Shown: positions 28,050 to 38,687, numbered from the stretch's first letter. The stretch is 64,000 bases of DNA from Candidatus Binatia bacterium (GCA_963422385.1 OY729432.1:1237666-1301665), one strand, 5' to 3'. Notes: generated from the sequence alone by a model not told the origin. Program-made: numbers and translations.

Positions 28050-29005
28050 CACGCATCCTCCTCAGCGGGCCCGCCGTAATCGCCTCGAATCCACAACAAG
28101 GCTGCCTCTTTACTGATTTCGACGTTGCGCTCAACATGCTTTACCCCGGCGGTTTCGGTCCAGCGGAGCGCGCCGCCCGTCACGTCTTCGAGCGTCGCCA
28201 AGCGGTCAGCCACATCGTTCTCATCGAAAAGGAACACGCGGCCAGGCCCGCCGGGCGCATGGGCGATGGCCTCGAACGAGAGCGTGGCGACATTCGGAGC
28301 GTAGCGCGACCAGAAGTCGATCAGCGCATAGGTAAAAACAGCATCGCCCAATGTCGTCTTGGGACCTCGCACAAAGCGGAAGCCGTCCTTCCTGCCGATG
28401 GCCTTGATCAGCCCGAGTTCCGTGAGAGGCGACTCAAGCGCGTCGTCGTGCCCGGTCTTGCCGGACAGTTGCCGCGCGACATAGGTGCGAATGAAACATG
28501 CGACGTCATTTCTTATCGTCGTGTTAGCGGGCTGAGGCCAATTACGGTCCTTGGCAAGACGGTCGAGCCTCTTGATTAGCCCGTCCCGCTCGAAGGTGAC
28601 GGCGGGATAGTGGCTGAACGCCCAGAACCACGTCGTCTTCTCCTCGCGGGCCGCCAACTGCCAATGGATCAGCCACAGCGTGGTGGGGTGCTCCATATAC
28701 GGATCAAGGCCTTTCGGGCCGAACAAGAGATCACCGAGTTCCGTCGTTTGAACGGAAGTCGTTTCCGGCTCGGAGATTATTCCGCTGGCTTTCGCCCAAT
28801 GGCGCATCGACGTGACCATGTTCTTGCCGACGCCGAATCGCGCGATGGCGTCTTTGTCCCAACAGGCGGCCCTGTTGCCGGGTCGGTCTTGGGTTTCAGC
28901 GACGCGGTCGTACACCTTCTTCAGCCACCCGTAGCGCAACGGGAAGGTATCGTGGCCTGAGAATTGCGGGATGTAGTCTGTTTGATATAAAGGACCGTGT
29001 GACAT
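28049..29005 (-). CDS. sspB: SspB-like protein (DUF4007-type; proposed nickase of Ssp systems)
   Basis: Start set at ATG 29005 (GAGGGGAG immediately upstream), giving MSHGPLYQTDYIPQFSGHDTFPLRYGWLKK... (318 aa). Position between sspA and sspC, size and N-terminal motif fit SspB; the family call needs HMM confirmation. Confidence 0.68.
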   Translation of the reverse strand: MSHGPLYQTDYIPQFSGHDTFPLRYGWLKKVYDRVAETQDRPGNRAACWDKDAIARFGVGKNMVTSMRHWAKASGIISEPETTSVQTTELGDLLFGPKGLDPYMEHPTTLWLIHWQLAAREEKTTWFWAFSHYPAVTFERDGLIKRLDRLAKDRNWPQPANTTIRNDVACFIRTYVARQLSGKTGHDDALESPLTELGLIKAIGRKDGFRFVRGPKTTLGDAVFTYALIDFWSRYAPNVATLSFEAIAHAPGGPGRVFLFDENDVADRLATLEDVTGGALRWTETAGVKHVERNVEISKEAALLWIRGDYGGPAEEDA

Positions 29006-29159
29006 GCTCCCCTCGGTCACTGGATGATGCCTCCAGTTCGACTGTAGCCGACGAGTCATGCTATGGTCAACAGATACTTGGATGGTGCACCTAGAAGCAC
29101 ACGGTCGCCGGAACCCCGGCAATCAACAAGCCTTTGTGGTTCTAACTCATTGAAGCACA

Positions 29160-30347
29160 ATGAAAATTAGAAACACGATCTACCTTGATCATCAGGCGAC
29201 GACCCCGGTCGATCCGCGTGTTTTGGCCGAAATGACGCCCTATTTCAGCGACTCGTTCGGTAATCCGCACTCGTCGGATCATTGCCTCGGGTGGGAATCT
29301 TCACGCGCCGTCGAGGTCGCCGCCGCGCGAGTCGCACACCTGATCGGCGCGGACGCAAACGAAATCACCTTCACGTCCGGCGCAACCGAGTCGAACAATT
29401 TTGCCCTGCTCGGCCTCGGACACTACGCGGCGTGCGGCAAGCGCCGCCGAATTCTGCTGAGCGCCATCGAGCATAAATGCGTGTTGGCGGTGGGAAGAGT
29501 CCTGGACGAGCGCTACGGGTTCGTCGTCGAGTCGATCCCCGTCGATTGCGAAGGTTTCGTGAAGCTGTCGGCTCTCGAAGCAAAGCTAGACGAAAGTGTT
29601 CTTGCCGTGTCGGTCATGGCAGTGAACAACGAGATCGGAACCATACAGGACATCGAGAGAATCTCGCAGCTCGTAAGAGACTGCGGCGCCCTATTCCATT
29701 GCGATGCGGCGCAAGCGCCTGTTGCAATGAACGTCGAAGGAATTGGAAGGCATGCTGATGTCCTCAGTCTCTCGTCGCACAAGATGTACGGGCCGAAAGG
29801 GATCGGCGTCGTCTATATCGCGCGCGGGTTGCAAGACAGGTTCGAACCCCTGATCTACGGCGGCGGCCAACAGAACGGTTTACGCTCAGGCACCGTGCCC
29901 GTTCCGCTCTGCGTTGGCATGGGGGCTGCAGCAGGTTTACTGGTTGGCGACACCGCCGAGGAAAGGCGCGCGAACCTGAGCCGTCGGCGCGACATGTTCG
30001 TCGAAAAACTGAAGGGCCTGACGTGGCCGGTGGCTGTAAATGGCCCTGGAAATCGCGACCGGCATCCGGGCAACGCGAATGTGCGATTCGCGGGTTTTGC
30101 CGCGCATGACACCTTGAACACGCTTCAACCGCGACTCGCAGCCTCAACGGGTTCTGCTTGCACCTCCGGTATCCCGGAGCCTTCACACGTCTTAAGGGCA
30201 ATTGGTCTAAACACTGACGATGCCGAGTCTTCTATCCGTTTCAGCCTCGGCTTCAGTACAAGTGATGAAGACGTTGAAGAGGCTGTGGGCCTGATTGACG
30301 AGACGTTGGCGAAATTGTCGAAGACCAAGCCGGTGTGCTCAGCCTGA
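29160..30347 (+). CDS. sspA: cysteine desulfurase (IscS/NifS class V; SspA/DndA-like)
   Basis: 395 aa with PLP-lysine motif SSHKMYGPKG and active-site Cys in STGSACTSG. Divergent from sspB across a 154-bp intergenic region. Confidence 0.88.
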   Translation: MKIRNTIYLDHQATTPVDPRVLAEMTPYFSDSFGNPHSSDHCLGWESSRAVEVAAARVAHLIGADANEITFTSGATESNNFALLGLGHYAACGKRRRILLSAIEHKCVLAVGRVLDERYGFVVESIPVDCEGFVKLSALEAKLDESVLAVSVMAVNNEIGTIQDIERISQLVRDCGALFHCDAAQAPVAMNVEGIGRHADVLSLSSHKMYGPKGIGVVYIARGLQDRFEPLIYGGGQQNGLRSGTVPVPLCVGMGAAAGLLVGDTAEERRANLSRRRDMFVEKLKGLTWPVAVNGPGNRDRHPGNANVRFAGFAAHDTLNTLQPRLAASTGSACTSGIPEPSHVLRAIGLNTDDAESSIRFSLGFSTSDEDVEEAVGLIDETLAKLSKTKPVCSA

Positions 30348-30679
30348 CTTGACTATTGAAATGCCTCGAACGGATGCAGCCCACCGGGCCGGCTCGGACG
30401 GCTGCCCAAGGCATGTTCGTTGCATGGCTAGGAAGGGCGGCACCGCATCCGTCCTGGATTGCCACGCCACGTGCCACAGCGTCTCGCCGATTTTCGGTGC
30501 CGAACCCGGATAGTGATGGGCCTGCATCAGGCGTCGATAACGCCCTTCCTCCCAGCCGCCACCGGCTCGACCACCACCTCGCGCAAATTCAAAGGAGTCC
30601 CCTCGCTCCATCCTGTAATCTCCGCCTTTCTACTCCTTTCCTCCCCGAAAGTTCATACCTGACCCTAACTCCGTGTCCT

Positions 30680-30853
30680 CTAACTCTTTTTGGAAGGGAC
30701 AAATCCTACATTGGTCGTAAGGGGTAAAACCTGAACCCTGTTCAAGTAAGATAGAGCCAAATCGTTGGTCACGACGACCGCCGGCCTCTGTTTACGGATT
30801 TCTCCGCCAACAGACGGCCCGAACCTTACCCACCAGGCTTCACCCCGCTTCAT
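30680..30853 (-). pseudogene. MazF/PemK-family toxin, C-terminally truncated
   Basis: MKRGEAWWVRFGPSVGGEIRKQRPAVVVTNDLALSYLNRVQVLPLTTNVGFVPSKKS* covers only about half of a 110-aa PemK. No MazF-like continuation is found in the other frames downstream. Confidence 0.55.
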
Positions 30854-31070
30854 CCCTGATGTCCTCGGCCGTCCCCTCCATCCACTCCGTCGCCTCGGCT
30901 TCTCGTTGGGTATCTGCCGCCATCCGACGGTAACCCTCCTGAATATCGCCATATATGACGTAAGGCCTGACCAGGGACTCGATGAATCGACTGATCTTGC
31001 GTCTGCCTACGACCTGATAGAGACCTGCGTACACACTTTCATCCAGGGTGATTGTCAGCTTCTTTTGCAT
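30840..31070 (-). CDS. type II antitoxin (RHH/MazE-like), cognate of the truncated toxin
   Basis: MQKKLTITLDESVYAGLYQVVGRRKISRFIESLVRPYV...; AGGAG 5 nt upstream of ATG 31070; overlaps the toxin start by 14 nt. Confidence 0.6.
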   Translation of the reverse strand: MQKKLTITLDESVYAGLYQVVGRRKISRFIESLVRPYVIYGDIQEGYRRMAADTQREAEATEWMEGTAEDIRDEAG

Positions 31071-31160
31071 GGCGACTCCTAATACGTATATTACGCGAAT
31101 AGTACACGTATGTACCGTCATGACCGAAGAGACGCAATACGGCCGGCCTCTGTCACTGAA

Positions 31161-32054
31161 CTAACCGCGCGACTGGAAGAGAAAGAAGACGCCGGCCACC
31201 ACCAGGACGGCAGCCAGACCGTCCTTGACGGTTACGGTCTCGTCTTCTCTCAGGATCAACCGCGCCAGCGAGAAAGTGATCAGCGGTTGAACGTTCCAGA
31301 TGGGGGCGACGATGATGGCCGGGGCGTAGCTCACCGCGAGATAGGTCAGGATCGAGCCCACGCCCTGAAAGAATCCCGACAGGAGGAGAAAGAAGTAGCT
31401 GTCCCCGGAGATCCGGATGCCTTCCCGCCAGTCGATGCGCAGGACCCTGCCGAACAGCATGACGAGCGTGAGTCCCGTGACGTGGGTCACCAGCGATCCC
31501 GGAACGGGCGTGCCGCCGGCAAGGATCGCCACCTTCTTGAGGATTGGCCCGAAGCCGAAGAACACGATGGACAGGAGCGGGTTGAGGAACGCCTTGTAGC
31601 TCACGGGCCGTCCGGTGACCTTATCGTCGGGGGTCTTGCGGGTAATGAGCAGCAGCCCGGTCACGATCAGGACGACGCCGATGACGATGAGCGGGGTCGC
31701 GGTCTCCCCCAACAGGATGATGGCATAGACGGCGGTCAGCAGCGGCGCGGAGTTGGCGATGGACTGGGCCTTGGAGGCGCCGAGCTCGTCGATGCCCTTG
31801 AGCACGAAGGTGCGGCCGAGGAAACTTCCCACCAGACCCACGGAAACGAAGCCCCCGGCCGCGGTCCAGGGCATGCGGAGATGTACATCGCTGAACGGAA
31901 GAACCATGATCAGCACAAGGATGAGCACCGAGCCCACCTGTTGCAGCAGCACCGCGGCGCTGACGTTGGAGTGCCTGAGGCCGCGCTTGACCAGGACTGG
32001 AGAGGTTCCCCAGAATAGCGCGGCCGCCAGCGCGTAGGCGACGCCGGTGTCCAT
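31161..32054 (-). CDS. DMT-superfamily (EamA-like) transporter
   Basis: 297 aa from ATG 32054, about 10 TM helices and two EamA-like repeats. The upstream extension of the 481-aa ORF is GC-junk. Confidence 0.78.
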   Translation of the reverse strand: MDTGVAYALAAALFWGTSPVLVKRGLRHSNVSAAVLLQQVGSVLILVLIMVLPFSDVHLRMPWTAAGGFVSVGLVGSFLGRTFVLKGIDELGASKAQSIANSAPLLTAVYAIILLGETATPLIVIGVVLIVTGLLLITRKTPDDKVTGRPVSYKAFLNPLLSIVFFGFGPILKKVAILAGGTPVPGSLVTHVTGLTLVMLFGRVLRIDWREGIRISGDSYFFLLLSGFFQGVGSILTYLAVSYAPAIIVAPIWNVQPLITFSLARLILREDETVTVKDGLAAVLVVAGVFFLFQSRG

Positions 32055-32056
32055 CC

Positions 32057-32653
32057 CTAGGGGATAGCACCGCCCGGAGCGGGCCGGAAGTAACGCGAGG
32101 CACCCCGACCCTTTTTGTTGTCGGTGACCTGTGAAGACATGTAGGGCGGGTTTCTGACCCGCCCGCGCTCGGGCGCCGCCTCGGCCAGGTAGAACGGCGG
32201 AAGACCGCCGAACCGGAATCGGTGATCGAGTCCGCGGGCTCCGAACTCCTGCTCGTCCTGCCTCAACATCGGCGTCAACCACGGATCCCGCTTGCGGTCG
32301 GTGAGGGTGTCGCGGAATCTTCGAGACGCCCCCAGGGACGATGAGCCCGTGGCGATGACCTTCGCTTTCGGGTGGTAGTCTGCGGCGATCTTCAAGACCT
32401 CCGACGGATTGGGCAGGCGATGGACCTCGTTCAACACCACCCTCTTGGGCCCCAGGTCCTGGAAAAAGCCTTCGGGATCGGCCAGTCTGCGGCGCGTGCT
32501 CGGCAACTCGCAATCGAGATACTCGACATCCGGCAGGGATTGGCAGAGAACCGTCTTGCCCGCTCTGCGGACACCCGCGAGCCAGACCACGGACTTCGTT
32601 ATCCAAAGGTCCTCAATGGCTTTTATCCAATGACTTCGTTGAACCATATGCAA
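32057..32653 (-). pseudogene. AAA-family ATPase (AAA_14/DUF4143-type) N-terminal fragment, truncated
   Basis: Walker A WLAGVRRAGKTVL and Walker B-like ...RVVLNEVH..., but protein-like sequence ends after about 150 aa and the tail is GC-junk running into the transporter start. Full-length members are about 390 aa. Confidence 0.5.
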
Positions 32654-32835
32654 AATATGATTGCGTTTAGTGCTACTACATGAAGTTTATTGGCGTTTGG
32701 TACACGAGTCGCATCACCTCCGACCGACCAGGCGCCCGTCCGAGTAGTCGAATCGGCTTGAAACCCTCCTCCGACATGTCATGGTTAAGGGATCGGGATT
32801 CGATGCAGCACGGTTCCTTGCGAAAGGAGACGGTA

Positions 32836-33480
<645 letters not shown>

Positions 33481-33541
33481 ATCCGGGGCCTCCGCCACCG
33501 GACAGCCAAGGCTGTTATGCCCGCGTTGCCGGGTGGGGGCA

Positions 33542-34456
33542 ATGGGTGCTAATGTCCTGTCCCCTATGCTCTACGACTATGTCGCCTTTCCCGACCGCCC
33601 GCCGTTACATTGGCCCCACGGCGCGCGGGTGGCGCTGATCTTCACCATCAACATCGAATACTGGGAGATGACCCGCGACGGCGCGGAGCCCCTCTACCCC
33701 GGCGGTCCGGCGACGATTCCGCACGTGCTCCCGGGCAACGTCCCCGATTACGCCAACTGGACCTGGCGCGAGTACGGGCAGCGCGTCGGAGTCTGGCGCA
33801 TCATCGACGTGTTCGACAAGGCCGGCGTGCCCGCCACCTGCACCATGAACGCGCTCACCGGCATCGAGCGACGCCGCATCATCGACGCCGCCAACGAGCG
33901 CGGCTGGGAGATCCTGGCCCACAACTACGCCCAGAACGACGTGCTGACCTACTACGCGCACCAGCCCGACAAGGAGCGCGAGGTCATCCGCCGCACCCTG
34001 GACGCCTACGCCGAGGCGGTGGGACGGCCGGCCCGGGGCTGGCTGTCGTCGTCGCTCAGGAGCACCCACGAGACCCCACACATCCTGAAGGAGCTGGGGC
34101 TGCTGTTCCAGGCGGACTATCTGAACGACGATCAGCCCTACCTGCTCGACACCCGCCACGGGCCGCTGGTGTGCATCCCCTACTCCAACGACGTCAACGA
34201 CTTCGCGGTCTTCTCCCGCGGCGGCCGCACCACCTCCCAGGCGATGGAGCTGTTCAAGGAGCAGTTCGACCAGCTCTATCTGGAAGGAGCCACGAGCGGC
34301 CGCATCATGAACGTGGGCATGCACCCCCACGTCATGGGGCAGGCCTACGCCATCCGCGCCCTGCGCGACTTCGTTGACTACGTCAAAACCTTCGACGGGG
34401 TATGGTATCCCAAGCGCGAGGAGATGGCCGAGTGGTACCTGGAGAGCAGGGCATAG
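33542..34456 (+). CDS. polysaccharide deacetylase-family protein (PuuE/allantoinase-like)
   Basis: NodB-type deacetylase pattern (TINIEYWE..., ...LAHNYAQND..., ...MNVGMHPHVMGQ). Start ambiguous among GTG 33533, ATG 33542 and ATG 33566. Confidence 0.78.
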   Translation: MGANVLSPMLYDYVAFPDRPPLHWPHGARVALIFTINIEYWEMTRDGAEPLYPGGPATIPHVLPGNVPDYANWTWREYGQRVGVWRIIDVFDKAGVPATCTMNALTGIERRRIIDAANERGWEILAHNYAQNDVLTYYAHQPDKEREVIRRTLDAYAEAVGRPARGWLSSSLRSTHETPHILKELGLLFQADYLNDDQPYLLDTRHGPLVCIPYSNDVNDFAVFSRGGRTTSQAMELFKEQFDQLYLEGATSGRIMNVGMHPHVMGQAYAIRALRDFVDYVKTFDGVWYPKREEMAEWYLESRA

Positions 34457-34465
34457 GGAGGTGTC

Positions 34466-35317
34466 ATGAAACCGTATCGTGTGGCTTTGATTCAGCAGCA
34501 GACCCGGGTGATCGTGGAGCCGAAGGAGCGTAACGCGATCATCGACGAAAATCTCGACCGCATCTTCGAGCTGCTGGACTGGACCGCCATGCGTCTGGGC
34601 GACGTGAAGCTCGCGGTGTTCTCGGAGTACGGGATTATCGGGCAGTACCGGCCGCGGTCGGTGGACGAGTGGCTGGCCCTGGCCGAGACCATTCCCGGCG
34701 ACGTCTACACCGAGTATACCGAGCGTTACGGCGAGGACTCCATGTTCCCGGTGGCCGACACCGACATCGGCCGGCTGGCGTGTCTGACCTGCACCGACGT
34801 CGTGTTCCCGGAGATGGCCCGCTGCCTGGCGCTGCGCGGTGCCGAGGTGCTGGTCCACCCCACCGCGGAGCCCTACGCGCCGGAAGGAGAGGCATGGGAC
34901 GTGCTGCGGCGGGCCCGGGCGTATGAGAATCTCTGCTATTTTCTCTCGGTCAATGCCGGGGCTTTCGTCGGTTCCAACCGGCCTACCGGAGGCTATCGCG
35001 GCATGACGCAGCTCATCGACTACATGGGGCACGTGCAGTCCGCGGCGTCCGCTCCCGGAGAGGCGGTGGTCACCGGCACCGTGGACCTCGACAACCTGCG
35101 CTGGGAACGGACGCGCATGGCCGACTCGGGCCACGTATGGAACTTCCTCGTGGAGCTGCGCAGCGATCTCTACGCCCCGGTGTACGCCAAGGCCAGGCGC
35201 TGGCCCAACGACGGCTGGAGCGACCGAAACCTGCAAGACACCGTAGAGACCCGCGCCGAGGCCCGCAAGATCATCGAGCGGCTGGTGCGGGAAGGGCGGC
35301 TGGTGAAACCGGAATGA
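34466..35317 (+). CDS. carbon-nitrogen hydrolase (nitrilase-superfamily) protein
   Basis: 283 aa with Glu (FSEY), Lys and Cys (LACLTCTD) catalytic-triad spacing of the CN-hydrolase fold. Confidence 0.78.
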   Translation: MKPYRVALIQQQTRVIVEPKERNAIIDENLDRIFELLDWTAMRLGDVKLAVFSEYGIIGQYRPRSVDEWLALAETIPGDVYTEYTERYGEDSMFPVADTDIGRLACLTCTDVVFPEMARCLALRGAEVLVHPTAEPYAPEGEAWDVLRRARAYENLCYFLSVNAGAFVGSNRPTGGYRGMTQLIDYMGHVQSAASAPGEAVVTGTVDLDNLRWERTRMADSGHVWNFLVELRSDLYAPVYAKARRWPNDGWSDRNLQDTVETRAEARKIIERLVREGRLVKPE

Positions 35318-36774
35318 GCCGTTCGGCGGTGTCATCGCGCGAGACCGACGTGGCCGTGGTGGGTTACGGTGGGGCGGGCGCCGCGGCGGCCATCACCGCC
35401 GCCGACCACGGAGCCAAGGTCCTGATCGTCGAGAAAGCGGCCTCGGGCGGCGGCAACACGCGGCTGTCCGCCGGCTCGGTGCGCACCTTCGGCGCCCTCG
35501 ATCGGGCCGTGGAGCACATCACCTTCCTGTGCGGCGGCGCCACCGATCCCGGGGTCATCGAAGCACTGGTGCGCGAGAGCCACGACAACGAACCGTGGCT
35601 CCGCTCCCTCGGGGGCGAGGTGGTCGTCGACCCGCTCCAGGCTGCGCCCCCCAGCTATCCCGTCTATCCCGCCGGCGCCGCCTCGCCGAAGCAGCCCGGA
35701 GCGGACGGCGTCGGGCCGCGGCTCAGGGTCAAGGGCGAGACCACCGCCAAGGGCAGCGACCTGTGGGAGCTGCTGGCCCGTAACGTCGAGGAACGCTGCA
35801 TCCCGGTGCTGTTCGAGAGCCCCGCTCTCCGGCTGCTCCGGAACAGCGACGGCGCGGTCGACGGACTCGTGGCGCGCCGCGACGGGGAAGAAATCTCTAT
35901 CCAGGCACGGAAGGCGGTGGTCCTCACCTGCGGCGGCTACGAACGAGACCCCGACATGCAACTCCAGTTCCTGGGACAACGGTACTGGTCCCTGGGGGCG
36001 TCCGGTCACACCGGGGACGGCATCCGCCTGGCCGCGGACGTGGGCGCGTCCCTGTGGCACATGAATGCCGTGGCCGCGGGCTTCGGCTACCGGGTGGACG
36101 GGTTCGACGGCGCCGTCATCCACGCCATGCCGGGTCCGGGATTCATCTACTTGGACCGGAACGCCCGCCGTTTCGTGGACGAGACGGCCATGGACGCCCA
36201 CGCCGTGGGCTCGCTGGTGACGGAGCTGGACCTGGAAACCATGGAACGGCCTCGGGTGCCCTCCTTCGTGGTCTTCGACGAGGCCACCCGCACGGCCGGG
36301 CCGGTGGCCAGCACCGGTCGCGGCGCGGCGGCCGAACGGTACCGGTGGAGTGATGACAACGCGACGGAGATAGCCAAGGGCTGGATCAAGACGGGATCCA
36401 CCCCGGGGGAGTTGGCCGCCGCGCTCGGGCTGGACCCGACGGCGCTGGAACGGACCATCGAGGCGTACAACAAGGCCTGCGCCGACGGGAATGATGCGAA
36501 TTTCGGTCGATCCGTCGCGACCCTGAAGCCCCTGGAGCACGGCCCGTTCTACGGCGCCGCGCTGTGGCCGAGCCTGTTCAACACCCAGGGCGGCCCCCGG
36601 CGGAACGACAGAGCGCGGGTGCTGGACGCCTGGGGCCATCCCATCAAGGGGCTTTACAGCGCCGGCGAGCTGGGCTCCATGTGGTCCCGGAACTACCCGG
36701 GAGCGAGCAACCTGACGGAGGCACTGGCGTTCGGCCGCATCGCGGGCCGCAATGCCGCCGCCGAAAGCCGATGA
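35314..36774 (+). CDS. FAD-dependent oxidoreductase (fumarate reductase/succinate dehydrogenase flavoprotein-like)
   Basis: ATG overlaps the previous stop (ATGA). N-terminal VAVVGYGGAGAAAAITAADHGAKVLIVEK dinucleotide-binding motif and C-terminal ...LYSAGELG... FAD motif. Confidence 0.82.
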   Translation: MSRSAVSSRETDVAVVGYGGAGAAAAITAADHGAKVLIVEKAASGGGNTRLSAGSVRTFGALDRAVEHITFLCGGATDPGVIEALVRESHDNEPWLRSLGGEVVVDPLQAAPPSYPVYPAGAASPKQPGADGVGPRLRVKGETTAKGSDLWELLARNVEERCIPVLFESPALRLLRNSDGAVDGLVARRDGEEISIQARKAVVLTCGGYERDPDMQLQFLGQRYWSLGASGHTGDGIRLAADVGASLWHMNAVAAGFGYRVDGFDGAVIHAMPGPGFIYLDRNARRFVDETAMDAHAVGSLVTELDLETMERPRVPSFVVFDEATRTAGPVASTGRGAAAERYRWSDDNATEIAKGWIKTGSTPGELAAALGLDPTALERTIEAYNKACADGNDANFGRSVATLKPLEHGPFYGAALWPSLFNTQGGPRRNDRARVLDAWGHPIKGLYSAGELGSMWSRNYPGASNLTEALAFGRIAGRNAAAESR

Positions 36775-37108
36775 TCCGGTTCGGGGGCACAGAGGAACGC
36801 AGCGAGAGGCAGGGTATGGCGATTTACCGCCGGAGCATGGACCTTGGTCATGTTCTTCAAGCATTTCGCATCCTGATCGGGAATGCGGTGACGAGCCGGA
36901 GCACGTCATCCCCGTTGTCAATGATCCAGATGGTTCTCACGCGCGGGTTGCGGCCATCGGGTGTCTCCATAACGCCATCGACGCTATAACGCACACCATA
37001 ATCGGATGCTGCGACGCTGACCTTCACCCCTGCCCCTCTCCCAGAGGGAGAGAGTTGGGGAGGGCTACAACTGGCTTCCCGCCTGATCGAACCGGGAAAG
37101 GAGTCCCT

Positions 37109-38581
37109 TTGGAACTCATCGAATTCGTGGACACGACGTTGCGCGACGGGCACCAGAGCCTGTGGGCCGAGTCCATGCGCACGGGCATGATGCTGGCGGT
37201 GGGCGACCGCATGGACCGGGCCGGTTTCAAGGGCATGGAGCTGATGTCGAGCTCCCACATCAAGAAGTGCGTGCGGGAGCTGCACGAGGACCCTTGGGAG
37301 CGGATACGGCTGGTGGCCGGCCGGATCCGGGAGACGCCGCTGCGGGTCATCATCGGGAGCCGGAACGGTTTCGAGCTCACACCGGAGTCCATTCAGCGGA
37401 TCTTCCTGGAGCGGATGGCGGCCAACGGCGTCCGCCAGGGCCGCATCTCCGACGAGTGGAACGACCCCGCGGGCTGGCGCAAGACCCTGCGCATCGCCAC
37501 GGAGGCTGGGCTCGAGCCCATCCTGAATATCATCTACTCGGTTTCGCCCAGGCATACCGATGCCTACTACGCGGAACGGGCGCGGCAGGCGGCGACGCTG
37601 CCGGTGGCGCGGCTTTGCTTCAAGGACCCCGGAGGCCTGCTGACGCCGGACCGCACCCGCGCGCTGGTGCCGCTCATCATGGAGAACATCGGCGGCATCC
37701 CGCTGGAGTTCCACACTCACTGCACCACCGGCCTGGGGCCGCTGTGCGCCCTGGAGGCCATCAAGCAGGGCGTGCGCATGGTCAACACCGCACTGCCGCC
37801 GCTGGCCAACGGTTCGTCCAACCCATCGCTTTTCAACGTCGCGGCCAATGCCCGGAGCCTGGGCTACGAGACGGCAGTGGACGAGGGGATCCTGCGACCG
37901 GTGTCCGAGTACTTCACCAACGTCGCCCGCCGGGAGGGGCTCCCGATAGGCGCGCCGGTCGAGTACGACTACAACCAGTACCTGCACCAGGTGCCGGGAG
38001 GCATGATCTCGAACCTCCGCCACCAGCTCGCCCGCGTCGGGCTCGGTGATCACATGGAACGGGCCCTGGAGGAAGTGGTGCGGGTGCGGGAGGAGCTGGG
38101 CTATCCCATCATGGTCACGCCCCTGTCCCAGTTCGTGGGGAGCCAGGCCGCCATCAACATCATTGTCGGGGAGCGTTACAAGGAAATCACCGACCAGGTG
38201 ATCCTCTACGCCCTGGGGCGCTGGGGCCGGGAGGGGAGCGACTCCATGCACGCCGACGTCAAGGACAGGATCCTCGCGTGCCCGCGGGCCCGGGAGCTGG
38301 CCGCGTGGGAGCCGCCGGAGCCCACGGTCCGCGAGCTGCACGCAAAGTACGGCGGCAGCGGGGTGTCGGACGAGGAGCTGCTGCTACGGTATTTTCTGAC
38401 CCGGGAGGAGATCGACACCATGCGCGCCGCCGGCAGCCCGAAGGACTACCCCTTCGCGGCCGAGCCGGCGTCGCGGACGGTCGAGCGATTCACACAACGG
38501 CGCGAGTACTCGCACATCCAGGTTCGAAGCGGCGGCTTCGCCCTGAGTCTGTCGCGGCGAGCTCCCTCGGTCGGAGGCTAA
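37109..38581 (+). CDS. pyruvate carboxyltransferase (PYC subunit B / oxaloacetate decarboxylase alpha-like, HMGL-like domain)
   Basis: ELIEFVDTTLRDGHQS..., ...FKDPGGLLTP..., ...FHTHCTTG... TIM-barrel motifs. TTG 37109 with AAAGGAG 5 nt upstream; GTG 37127 is an alternative. No C-terminal biotinyl domain seen. Confidence 0.78.
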   Translation: MELIEFVDTTLRDGHQSLWAESMRTGMMLAVGDRMDRAGFKGMELMSSSHIKKCVRELHEDPWERIRLVAGRIRETPLRVIIGSRNGFELTPESIQRIFLERMAANGVRQGRISDEWNDPAGWRKTLRIATEAGLEPILNIIYSVSPRHTDAYYAERARQAATLPVARLCFKDPGGLLTPDRTRALVPLIMENIGGIPLEFHTHCTTGLGPLCALEAIKQGVRMVNTALPPLANGSSNPSLFNVAANARSLGYETAVDEGILRPVSEYFTNVARREGLPIGAPVEYDYNQYLHQVPGGMISNLRHQLARVGLGDHMERALEEVVRVREELGYPIMVTPLSQFVGSQAAINIIVGERYKEITDQVILYALGRWGREGSDSMHADVKDRILACPRARELAAWEPPEPTVRELHAKYGGSGVSDEELLLRYFLTREEIDTMRAAGSPKDYPFAAEPASRTVERFTQRREYSHIQVRSGGFALSLSRRAPSVGG

Positions 38582-38687
38582 CCAACTGCCTCCGCGCCCC
38601 GAGACTCGGCGCTGGCGGGGTCGCGACAATCATCTGACGACGCGGAGACGGATACGGCGGTCGGAGGCGGACTGCACGAGACAGGTA

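Noticed and set aside
30348-30680. ORFs of 90-123 aa on both strands between sspA and the truncated mazF
   Set aside because: No SD, junk-like composition and no continuation of the MazF fold. Treated as non-coding decay products.
35137-35313. Upstream extension of the FAD-oxidoreductase ORF overlapping the CN-hydrolase gene
   Set aside because: Overlaps the well-supported CN-hydrolase frame with junk composition. ATG 35314 overlapping the upstream stop is the coupled start.
36857-38341. 494-aa minus-strand ORF antisense to the carboxyltransferase
   Set aside because: GC-junk composition throughout, apart from the C-terminal fragment discussed in the findings. The plus-strand frame has the TLRDGHQS HMGL-like motifs.
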